DNA of 18,196 bases from Vulcanimicrobiaceae bacterium (lineage in GTDB: Bacteria > Vulcanimicrobiota > Vulcanimicrobiia > Vulcanimicrobiales > Vulcanimicrobiaceae), in NCBI GenBank assembly GCA_046262595.1, contig JBHEMM010000005.1, positions 34,806 through 53,001 of the forward strand. Reading direction: 5' to 3'. The translations under genes were made by a program, and so were the position numbers. This document shows positions 7,687-15,380 of the stretch, piece by piece. The notes beneath the pieces were generated by a model. That model was not told the origin of the DNA. It saw only the letters and a program-made list of their open reading frames with translations, and did not search any database. Within the stretch, counting starts at the first letter, position 1. Each line of letters opens with the position of its first letter.

Positions 7687-8834
7687 TTCCGTACGCGCGC
7701 CAATCGATCGGGCAGGCGGAGGCGGCAGCGGTTATCGAGGTGCTTGCATCCGATTTTCTCACGCAGGGGCCGGTCGTGCCCCGGTTCGAAGAACGCCTTG
7801 CCGCATTCTGCGGCGCAACGCATGCGGTCGCGGTTTCTAACGCGACATCCGCTTTGCACATTGCCGTTCGCGCGCTTGGCTTGAGCGCCGGCGGCCGTCT
7901 GTGGACTTCGCCCAACAGTTTTGTCGCCAGCTCCAATTGCGCGCTGTACTGCGGTGCGCAGGTCGATTTCGTGGATGTTGACCCGCGCACGTACAACATG
8001 AGCGTGCCGCTGCTTGCGCGCAAGCTCGAGGATGCACAGAACGCCGGCAGGCTTCCGGATGTCGTGGTCGCGGTCGATTTTGCCGGGCAGCCGTGCGAAC
8101 TCGACGCGCTTGCCGAACTGCGCGCGCAGTACGGCTTCCGGATCGTCGAGGATGCCTCGCATGCGGTGGGCGCACGGTATCGCGAGGCGCGGATCGGCAG
8201 CGGCGCGTACGCCGACGTGACGGTCTTCAGCTTTCATCCCGTCAAGATCGTCACGACCGCCGAAGGCGGCATGGCGTTAACCGGCGACGTCAAGGTCGCG
8301 CAGACGATGCAGTTGCTGCGATCGCACGGCATCACGCGCGACCCGCAGTTGATGACCGGCGCGCCTGAGCCGTGGGAATACGAGCAGGTGATGCTCGGCT
8401 TCAACTACCGGCTGACCGAGATTCAAGCCGCGTTGGGCGTCGCACAGATGGACCGCATCGAGTCGTTCCTCGCACGGCGCCGTGCCATCGCCGCCCGTTA
8501 CGACGCCGAGTTGGCGCACCTGCCGTTGGTGCTGCCCTACCATCTGCCGCACGTCCAGCCCGCGTACCATCTATATCCCGTTCAGGTGTCTCCCGCTTCG
8601 CCGCTGAACCGGCGCGAGCTCTACGACCGTCTGCAAGCGGGCGGCATCGCGGCGAACGTGCACTACCGGCCGATCTACCTGCAGCCCTATTACCGCAATC
8701 TGGGGTTCGAGCGCGGCCACTGTCCGAACGCCGAGGCCTACTACGCGCGCGCTCTCAGCCTGCCCATGTATCCCGGCCTTTCCGACGAAGAACAAGACCG
8801 TGTCATCGATGTGCTTTCCGCGGCCTTACGGTAA
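7683..8834 (+). CDS. pseC: UDP-4-amino-4,6-dideoxy-N-acetyl-beta-L-altrosamine transaminase (DegT/DnrJ family, PLP)
   Basis: MIPYARQSI, SDFLTQGP, SNATSALH, EDASHA, SFHPVKIVTTAEGG (PLP lysine), LGFNYRLTEIQAALG. ATGA overlap with pseB. Confidence 0.94.
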   Translation: MIPYARQSIGQAEAAAVIEVLASDFLTQGPVVPRFEERLAAFCGATHAVAVSNATSALHIAVRALGLSAGGRLWTSPNSFVASSNCALYCGAQVDFVDVDPRTYNMSVPLLARKLEDAQNAGRLPDVVVAVDFAGQPCELDALAELRAQYGFRIVEDASHAVGARYREARIGSGAYADVTVFSFHPVKIVTTAEGGMALTGDVKVAQTMQLLRSHGITRDPQLMTGAPEPWEYEQVMLGFNYRLTEIQAALGVAQMDRIESFLARRRAIAARYDAELAHLPLVLPYHLPHVQPAYHLYPVQVSPASPLNRRELYDRLQAGGIAANVHYRPIYLQPYYRNLGFERGHCPNAEAYYARALSLPMYPGLSDEEQDRVIDVLSAALR

Positions 8835-9413
8835 CGCCGTCAAGCGAAGCCCTTGCGCGATTCCGTAACGCTCGATCTCGTCAACCGGCGTGTCCCAGCC
8901 GCGCGAAAGAAGCGCTGCGAAGCGGTCTTTGTCGCGCAGCCGGTGGAACGTTCCGACGCCGGTTTGCGCTTGCGGCGTCATTCCGCCCTGACGGATCGCC
9001 GGCCACGTTTCAGCGAAAAGGCTGCGAATGCGGGCGTGCAGCGTTTCGTAACTCGTGCGCAGCGTTTGCGCGCCTTGGAAAGAGCACGCCGCTTGCGCGA
9101 GCACGGGGCCCGTATCCACGCCCTCGTCCAGCTCGTGGATCGTTACGCCTTTGGGCGAGCCTTCGAGAAAGCTCCAAAAATTGGGATCCGCGCCGCGATT
9201 CCAGGGGAGCAGCGAGATGTGCAGATTGATCGCACGTCCCCGGTAGGCGCTGGTAATCGAAAGCGGGACGACGTGGCGGTACCCGTAGCTGATCAAAAAG
9301 TCTGCCGGCGGCGGCGCGCTCAACGCGCACTCGAGCGTTTCAACGGTCTCGCCGGCGTGTCTGAGATAGTCCGCAAGCGGCGAATCGCCTGGGCCGAGCA
9401 GCAGCACGTTCAC
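8826..9413 (-). CDS. N10-formyl-THF-dependent formyltransferase (sugar N-formyltransferase, PseJ-like)
   Basis: DFLISYGYRH, INLHISLLPWNRGADPNFWS, GVTIHELDEGVDTGPVLAQ carry the Asn/His/Asp catalytic set of the formyltransferase family. 195 aa, no Fmt C-terminal domain. GTG start. Confidence 0.9.
   Translation of the reverse strand: MNVLLLGPGDSPLADYLRHAGETVETLECALSAPPPADFLISYGYRHVVPLSITSAYRGRAINLHISLLPWNRGADPNFWSFLEGSPKGVTIHELDEGVDTGPVLAQAACSFQGAQTLRTSYETLHARIRSLFAETWPAIRQGGMTPQAQTGVGTFHRLRDKDRFAALLSRGWDTPVDEIERYGIAQGLRLTALP
9373..9400 (+). promoter_or_regulatory. Weak candidate sigma28-like promoter for pseF-pseG-pseI, inside the antisense formyltransferase gene
   Basis: GCAAG (9373-9377), 15 nt spacer, GCCGAGCA (9393-9400), 27 nt before the pseF ATG. 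GCCGA is common in GC-rich DNA, so this is tentative. Confidence 0.3.
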
Positions 9414-9427
9414 GATCGCACACTTCG

Positions 9428-10168
9428 ATGAAAGCCGTCGCGATCATACAAGCGCGAATGGGATCCACCCGCCTGCCGGGTAAAGTGCTCAAGCCGTTGG
9501 CGAAGACGACGGTGTTGGGATGCGTTGTCGATCGCTTGAAAGCCTCGCGAAAACTGCACGCCGTAGTCGTCGCGACTTCGAGCGATCGCGAAGACGATGC
9601 GGTCGTGCACGCTTGCAAAGCGCTGGGTGTCGCGGCCGTCCGGGGCTCGGCGCAAGATGTGCTGGCGCGGTTGACGCATGCCGCCCGATCGAGCGCCGCG
9701 GATACGGTCGTGCGCATAACCGCGGATTGCCCCCTGATCGACGGCACGCTCGTCGACGACATGCTGGCCGAGTTCAGCATCCGTTCGTGCGATTATTTGA
9801 GCAATACGCTCGTGCGGACGTACCCGCGCGGATTGGACGCGGAGATATTCACGTTTGAAGCGCTCGCGCGCGCCGATCGGGAAGCGAGCCGGCCGTACGA
9901 GCGGGAACACGTGACGCCGTACCTTTATCAGCATCCCCGTCTGTTCCGGCTGCACCCGTACGTGGATTCTTCGGGCGCCGATCGTTCGAATATGCGTTGG
10001 ACGCTGGATACGGCGCAGGACTACACGTTTGTGCAGGCCGTTTTCGCCGCGATCCCGTTCCGCTCGCCCCGCGATGTTACCACGCGCGGCGTGCTCGCAC
10101 TGCTGCGCGCGCATCCCTCGATCGCGCAGATCAACGCCGGCGTGCGTCAAAAGCACTTGGGTGAATGA
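9428..10168 (+). CDS. pseF: SpsF-type acylneuraminate/pseudaminate cytidylyltransferase (PseF function)
   Basis: AIIQARMGSTRLPGKVL, VVATS, RGSAQDVLAR, VRITADCPLID, YPRGLDAEIF, REHVTPY, RWTLDTAQD. Confidence 0.85.
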   Translation: MKAVAIIQARMGSTRLPGKVLKPLAKTTVLGCVVDRLKASRKLHAVVVATSSDREDDAVVHACKALGVAAVRGSAQDVLARLTHAARSSAADTVVRITADCPLIDGTLVDDMLAEFSIRSCDYLSNTLVRTYPRGLDAEIFTFEALARADREASRPYEREHVTPYLYQHPRLFRLHPYVDSSGADRSNMRWTLDTAQDYTFVQAVFAAIPFRSPRDVTTRGVLALLRAHPSIAQINAGVRQKHLGE

Positions 10169-10171
10169 GCG

Positions 10172-11182
10172 GTGCGTGCCGTTATCCGCGCCGATGCCGC
10201 ACAGCAGTTGGGAAGCGGCCACGTTATCCGGACGCTGGTCTTAGCACGCGCGCTGGCCGCACGCGGCGCAACCGTGACCTACGCAATGCGCGAGGGCGAC
10301 GGCGACATGCGCGAGTTCGTACGCGCCGCCGGTTTCCGCGTCGATCCGGCGGAGCCGCCGGACACGGCGAGCGCACCGGTCGATCTGCTCGTCGTTGATT
10401 GCTACGCGCTGGGCGCGCGCTACGAGCGCTCGATGCGTCCCTACGCAAAAACTATCGCCGTTATCGATGATTTGGCGGATCGCGCGCACGATTGTGATGT
10501 GCTGATCGATCAGAACGTGCCGGGCAGCGGGGCGGGGCGGTATGCGGGCCTGGTCCCGGCGCATGCGCGCTGTTTGCTCGGCCCGCGCTATGCGCTTTTG
10601 CGTGAAGAGTTCCGTCCGTACTGGCCGGGCGTTCGCGTGCGCGCATCGCTCGAGCGCATTCTGGTAGCGATGGGCGGATTCGACGCTCAGAATCAGACGA
10701 TGAAGGTGCTGCGTGCCATCGGCGCCTTGCGTGCGGCGCCCGCGGTGGACGTCGTGCTGCCGCAGGACGCTCCGCATGCCGCGCAGGTTCGCGCGCTGTG
10801 CCAGGAGCGCCGATACACGTACCGCGGCCGCGCCGGTAATATCGCCACACTGATGGAAAGCGCGGATCTGTGCATCGGGGCCGCGGGCATGACGACGTGG
10901 GAACGCTGCGCGATGGGTCTGCCGTCGATTGTCATAACGCTGGCGCAGAATCAGTTCGCGGGTGCGACGTTTGCGCGCGAGTGCGGTGCCATACAGCTGC
11001 TCGGAGATTTCTCTGTGGTGGACGAAGTCGCCATCACCCGCACGATGACGCGGTTGCAAGGCGATGCTGCCGCGCTTTCGGCGATGTCGTCGGCGGCGCG
11101 CGCGGTGGTTGGCGCCGGCGGCGGTGAGTTCACGACGGACCGGACGCTCTCGAGTCTTTTGGAGGTCTGCAATGCAAACTGA
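10172..11182 (+). CDS. pseG: UDP-2,4-diacylamido-2,4,6-trideoxy-beta-L-altropyranose hydrolase
   Basis: IRADAAQQLGSGHVIRTLVLA (catalytic His), VVDCY, IDDLADR, LLGPRYALLREEF, MGGFD, ADLCIGAAGMTTWERCAMGLP, AQNQ. Confidence 0.9.
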   Translation: MRAVIRADAAQQLGSGHVIRTLVLARALAARGATVTYAMREGDGDMREFVRAAGFRVDPAEPPDTASAPVDLLVVDCYALGARYERSMRPYAKTIAVIDDLADRAHDCDVLIDQNVPGSGAGRYAGLVPAHARCLLGPRYALLREEFRPYWPGVRVRASLERILVAMGGFDAQNQTMKVLRAIGALRAAPAVDVVLPQDAPHAAQVRALCQERRYTYRGRAGNIATLMESADLCIGAAGMTTWERCAMGLPSIVITLAQNQFAGATFARECGAIQLLGDFSVVDEVAITRTMTRLQGDAAALSAMSSAARAVVGAGGGEFTTDRTLSSLLEVCNAN

Positions 11183-12233
11183 TGCGGCGATACCGTTCGG
11201 ACGCAGGACGGTCGGCCCAGGAAAGCCGCCGCTGGTCATTGCGGAGCTTTCCGGCAATCATAATCAGTCGCTCGACCGTGCACTCGCAATCGTCGACGCC
11301 GCAGCAGCGGCGGGTGCACATGCGGTAAAACTGCAGACCTACACTGCGGACATCATGACGCTCGATGTGCGTGAACCGGGCTTTCTCATCGAGGACCGCG
11401 CCAGTCTTTGGTACGGCCGCTCGCTCTACGATCTTTATCGCGAAGCGCACACGCCTTGGGAATGGCACGATGCGCTTTTCGCGCGCGCGCGCGAGCTCGG
11501 CATGGAGTGTTTGAGCACGCCCTTCGACGCAAGCGCGATCGCGTTTCTTGAGCGCTACGATCCGCCGGCTTACAAGATCGCGTCCTTCGAATTGACCGAT
11601 CTCGAACTCATCAGCGCGGCCGCGGCGACGGGCAGGCCGTTGATTCTTTCCACGGGCATGGCATCGCTCGAGGAGATTGCCGAAGCGGTTCACGCTGCAC
11701 GCAGCAGCGGTGCCGGCCGCTTGATCTTGCTCAAGTGTACGAGCACCTATCCCGCTTCGCCGGCAAACAGCAACCTCGCGACGATTCCGGATCTTCGGCA
11801 ACGTTTCGACGCGCTTGCGGGCATATCGGATCACACGCCCGGAATCGGTGTGGCGGTGGCCGCCGTGGCGTTGGGCGCGGTGCTCATCGAAAAGCACTTT
11901 ACGTTGAGGCGCGCAGACGGCGGCATCGACTCCGCATTTTCGCTCGAACCCGCCGAACTGCGCGCGCTGGTGCAGGAGAGCGAACGTGCTTGGCTCGGTG
12001 TGGGAAGCGTGCGCTACGGTGCTTTGAAGGACGAGGAGGCGTCCGTCCAGTTCCGGCGCTCGCTCTATGTCGTGCGCGACATGCGCGCCGGCGAGACGTA
12101 TACGCGCGAAAATGTCCGTGCCATACGCCCGGGCTACGGCTTGACCCCCAAGCACTATCGCGAAGTATTGGGCCGCCGCGCGGCTGCCGATACAAGAAAA
12201 GGCACGCCCTTGACTTGGAACTTGATCGAATAA
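11172..12233 (+). CDS. pseI: Pseudaminic acid synthase (NeuB family with C-terminal SAF domain)
   Basis: IAELSGNHNQSL, VKLQTYT, AHTPWEWH, STPFD, YKIASFE, ILSTGMA, LKCTSTYPA, GISDHT, IEKHFTL, FRRSLY, IRPGYGL. Start set at ATG 11172 after GGAGG (11161-11165), not at 11064. Confidence 0.95.
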   Translation: MQTDAAIPFGRRTVGPGKPPLVIAELSGNHNQSLDRALAIVDAAAAAGAHAVKLQTYTADIMTLDVREPGFLIEDRASLWYGRSLYDLYREAHTPWEWHDALFARARELGMECLSTPFDASAIAFLERYDPPAYKIASFELTDLELISAAAATGRPLILSTGMASLEEIAEAVHAARSSGAGRLILLKCTSTYPASPANSNLATIPDLRQRFDALAGISDHTPGIGVAVAAVALGAVLIEKHFTLRRADGGIDSAFSLEPAELRALVQESERAWLGVGSVRYGALKDEEASVQFRRSLYVVRDMRAGETYTRENVRAIRPGYGLTPKHYREVLGRRAAADTRKGTPLTWNLIE

Positions 12234-12237
12234 AGAC

Positions 12238-13497
12238 ATGGCCAACGACGACACCCTGGTGAGCTTCAAAACCGGCGCTTGGAAAAGCACCGGTATGGCA
12301 GCGGGCTACGCTCAGCGCATGCGCGAGAACCGGGGCACCAACCGGCTCAAAAACCATGTCGAGATTGCGCTTTGCCGCGAGAACATTTGCGGGCGCCGTA
12401 TTGTCGACGTGGGCATCGGCACGGGGCGCGGTTCGCTGCCTTTGGCTCACGACGGCCTCCATGTGACCGGCATCGACGTTTCGCAGGCGATGCTCGATCA
12501 GTGCCGGCAAGAGGCGGGCGGTGCCGCCATCGATTTGCGCGCCGGCGACTTGACGAAATTGCCCGCGGCGGACGAAGAATTCGATTCACTGATCGCGTTG
12601 AACGTTGCCGTGCATTTTCCCAATTGGGCCGTCGCGCTCAAAGATTGGGCGCGCGTCGTAAAAAGCGGCGGCCGCCTGGTTTTCGACGTCCATTCGCGCG
12701 ATCACCTGAACGCCGTAGGCGCGCTGCACGGATGTGCGGGCGATGATTTGCTCACGCCGCAGCAGCGGACGGATCCCGCGCAGTTCATGCTCCGCGTGAC
12801 GGCACGCGAGATCGCCCGAGAAGCGGAAAATAACGGCCTGTGCGTGGTCGCGCTCATACCATACGCGGCCGTGCTCGGCGGCGGCAACGTGAATTACTGG
12901 CTGCTCGGCTCCCGCCTCTTCGGTTACCTGGGCGATCGCGCGCTCTCGTGGATGGCGAACGACGAACGCCTTTTCGCATTCGGCGCGTTCATCGAGCGCA
13001 CGCTGGCCGCGCGGCTTTCGACGCACGCGACGGGCCGTTTCATGGTGGTCTTGGAAAAAAGCCGCAATGACGGCGCGACCCAAACCGTTTTGGCGCATCA
13101 AGATCGCATGGCGAGCCTCTTCGCCGGCGTGCCGCGTCTGCATGGTCTGCGCAAAGCGTCGGGCGAGACGGTGGATGGGTGGCCGGCGGAATTGCAGTTG
13201 CATCTGGCATACGAACGAAACCGGACGCTGCTGGCGATGGCGCTCACTTCGCCGTTTGCCGTTCGCTTGCGGCCCTTGATCCGCGATCTCGCAGGCGAGG
13301 AACTGACGCGCGAGCTGTACGATGCGAACGAACGGCAAGCGGTGGACGACGGCGTGTACGAAGCGGTCCGGTCATGGCGCCGCCCGGCGCCGGGAGCGTT
13401 GCACTTCAAGGGTATCGATCTCGGCCCGGTGTTCGAGTACGACTTGATGCGCGAGATGCTCGATGCGCGCTATTTTTCCAAGGCGCAGAGAAGCTGA
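12238..13497 (+). CDS. Class I SAM-dependent methyltransferase with long uncharacterised C-terminal region
   Basis: IVDVGIGTGR (motif I), VTGIDVSQAML, GDLTKLP, EFDSLI, ARVVKSGGRLVF. Starts 4 nt after the pseI stop. Confidence 0.85.
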   Translation: MANDDTLVSFKTGAWKSTGMAAGYAQRMRENRGTNRLKNHVEIALCRENICGRRIVDVGIGTGRGSLPLAHDGLHVTGIDVSQAMLDQCRQEAGGAAIDLRAGDLTKLPAADEEFDSLIALNVAVHFPNWAVALKDWARVVKSGGRLVFDVHSRDHLNAVGALHGCAGDDLLTPQQRTDPAQFMLRVTAREIAREAENNGLCVVALIPYAAVLGGGNVNYWLLGSRLFGYLGDRALSWMANDERLFAFGAFIERTLAARLSTHATGRFMVVLEKSRNDGATQTVLAHQDRMASLFAGVPRLHGLRKASGETVDGWPAELQLHLAYERNRTLLAMALTSPFAVRLRPLIRDLAGEELTRELYDANERQAVDDGVYEAVRSWRRPAPGALHFKGIDLGPVFEYDLMREMLDARYFSKAQRS

Positions 13498-15380
13498 TGG
13501 GTTCAGTCGTTTCGCTGCTCTGGCCGAAAAATGAAGCGGCGCTGCAGCACTATTTAACAAAGGTGCCGTCCCAAGTGCTCACGGCCGCATCGCTTTTTGC
13601 ATCCGTACCGGGCGAATCGGTGAGTGCACTTGCGGCGGATGCGAAACAGCGCGTGAACCGCCTGAATGATGCGCCGGCGCAGATCGAAGAGCGCCTGCAT
13701 CAGTCGCTCGTCTTGGTGGAAGCACTCGATCGCGCGCACGCGCAAAATCCCGTGGAACTCGTCGTCTTGAATGAAGACGTCATGCAGCACAGCAAGACTG
13801 CCGCGCTGTGGGCGAAGAGCCGCGGCGTTCCGTCCGTCGTGGTTTCGCACAGTTCGATTCTCGGGCGCTTGTACACGGTGCACCGCGAGGACAACGGCGG
13901 TACGCTCGCCGTCTTTGGACGGATGGGCGCGGTGCCGCACACCGATATGGGTATGCCGGCAGAACGCGTGGCGATCACGGGCAACCCGGCGTGGGACGTT
14001 TATGCGGTCCTCGCCGAACGCCGATCGGCGGTGCGTTCGGAGATGTTCGCGCGCAATGCCTTTTCGGCGAACGATCACGTCGTCGTTTTTGCAACCACGT
14101 GGCCCGCGTTCTTCACCGCATTTTGCGATGCCGGCCACTATGAGAAGTCGCTGCGCGCCGCCGTGCGCGCCGTCCGCGAATTGCGCGACCTCGACGTTCC
14201 GGTGCAGCTCGTTATCAAAGAGCGTTCCTCGAACGCCGAAAAAGGCGCCGAACGTGAAGCGATACTGCGCGAAGAAGCCGCCGGCTTTACGCCCGTGGTG
14301 ACCGACCGCGATCTCGAATCGTGGATCGTTGCCGCCGATGCGGTGGTTTCGGTCGACTCAAACATTGCCGTCGAAGCGATGATTGCCGGAACGCCCGCGA
14401 TCAATATCTGGTCGCCGATGAGCTGGCTGAACGGTCCGTACTTCGGCGCCGAAGACGGGGTCATGGACGTGCGGCCCGACGATCTCGCGGTCGCGTTGGC
14501 TCGCGTGCTCGGAGATCCCGGCGTGCGCGAACAACTTACATCGCAGGCGCGCGCCAGATACCCTGAGTTCGCAAGTTTCGTCGGCTCGGCAGCCGTAAGG
14601 ACGGCAGATCTTTTGATGCAGACGCGTAAGCCCGCAGCTGCCTCGCGCTACGTCTGGCAAGAACTCTCCGATCCGCGCGGCGTGAGCGAAAAGGGACGCG
14701 ATTCGGTATATTACCGCAGCCCGCGCTCCGACATGATCGCGCGCTTACGGCGTGCGCCGCGCGTCATGCTCGACATCGGCTGCGGCGCGGGCGCCACCGG
14801 AGCGGAGATCAAGCGGCTTCATCCCACGGCACACGTTACCGGCATCGAGATGAACGAACAAGCGGCCGCATTGGCGCAGGGCCGCATCGATCGCATCGTT
14901 GTCGACAACGTCGAAACACTGGACTTCGAGCAAGCGGGCATCAAATCGGGCAGTGTCGATGTCGTGTTTTTCCCCGATGTGCTGGAGCATCTATACGATC
15001 CGTGGCGCCTGCTCGTGCGGCTTAAAGCGTTTCTAACGCCGGACGCGCAAGTTTTGGCCAGCGTGCCGAACGTCCGTAACCTTTGGCTGCTCGCGCAGCT
15101 CGGCGCGGGCTCCTGGCAGTACGAAGAAGAAGGCCTGCTGGACGTGACGCACATCCGCTTCTTTACCAAGAAAACGGTGATCGAGCTGTTCGAGCAAACC
15201 GGTTACCGCGTGGGAGCGCTTTATGCGAACGGTGACGGACGGGTTCCGGAGATCAACGTACCCTCGGGCGCAACGGTGAACGTCGATTTGCCGCAAATGA
15301 CGCTGAAAAACGTGAGCGAGCAAGATGCAGTCGAGCTGCGGACGCTTCAGTTTATCGTGGATGCGACGCCCGGCGCGTAG
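13497..15380 (+). CDS. Fusion protein: N-terminal GT-B-fold surface-carbohydrate/glycosyltransferase-like domain plus C-terminal class I SAM methyltransferase (about 627 aa)
   Basis: Start at ATG 13497 (TGATG overlap with the previous stop). N-part: AKSRGVPSVVVSH, AVFG, MGMPAERVAITGNPAWD, ADAVVSVDSNIAVEAMIAGTPAI. C-part: YYRSPR, MLDIGCGAG, GIEMN, FPDVLEHLYDPW, SVPNV, GLLDVTHIRFFT. Confidence 0.8.
   Translation: MGSVVSLLWPKNEAALQHYLTKVPSQVLTAASLFASVPGESVSALAADAKQRVNRLNDAPAQIEERLHQSLVLVEALDRAHAQNPVELVVLNEDVMQHSKTAALWAKSRGVPSVVVSHSSILGRLYTVHREDNGGTLAVFGRMGAVPHTDMGMPAERVAITGNPAWDVYAVLAERRSAVRSEMFARNAFSANDHVVVFATTWPAFFTAFCDAGHYEKSLRAAVRAVRELRDLDVPVQLVIKERSSNAEKGAEREAILREEAAGFTPVVTDRDLESWIVAADAVVSVDSNIAVEAMIAGTPAINIWSPMSWLNGPYFGAEDGVMDVRPDDLAVALARVLGDPGVREQLTSQARARYPEFASFVGSAAVRTADLLMQTRKPAAASRYVWQELSDPRGVSEKGRDSVYYRSPRSDMIARLRRAPRVMLDIGCGAGATGAEIKRLHPTAHVTGIEMNEQAAALAQGRIDRIVVDNVETLDFEQAGIKSGSVDVVFFPDVLEHLYDPWRLLVRLKAFLTPDAQVLASVPNVRNLWLLAQLGAGSWQYEEEGLLDVTHIRFFTKKTVIELFEQTGYRVGALYANGDGRVPEINVPSGATVNVDLPQMTLKNVSEQDAVELRTLQFIVDATPGA

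Noticed and set aside
8826..9413. Formyltransferase as methionyl-tRNA formyltransferase (fmt) or PurN
   Set aside because: Lacks the Fmt C-terminal domain and N-terminal signature motifs of either enzyme; position beside pseC favours a sugar N-formyltransferase.
8853..9431. 192-aa plus-strand ORF that would make the pse operon co-directional
   Set aside because: No GNAT or other motif, whereas the minus-strand ORF has a clear formyltransferase signature.
11064..11171. Upstream extension of pseI in the ORF track
   Set aside because: Arg-rich out-of-frame overlap with pseG; GGAGG followed by ATG 11172 is the plausible start.
11480..11493. (CG)n dinucleotide run in pseI as a phase-variable tract
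   Set aside because: Short and explained by Ala-Arg-Ala-Arg codons; the frame is intact.
12186..12193. GCCGATAC near the pseI end as an internal sigma28 promoter for the methyltransferase genes
   Set aside because: Good -10 but no matching -35 at 15-16 nt, and the 4-nt gap suggests co-transcription with pseI.
13179..13496. Longer 733-aa start for the GT-B/MTase fusion
   Set aside because: Overlaps the upstream methyltransferase by over 300 nt; TGATG coupling at 13495-13499 marks the likely start.
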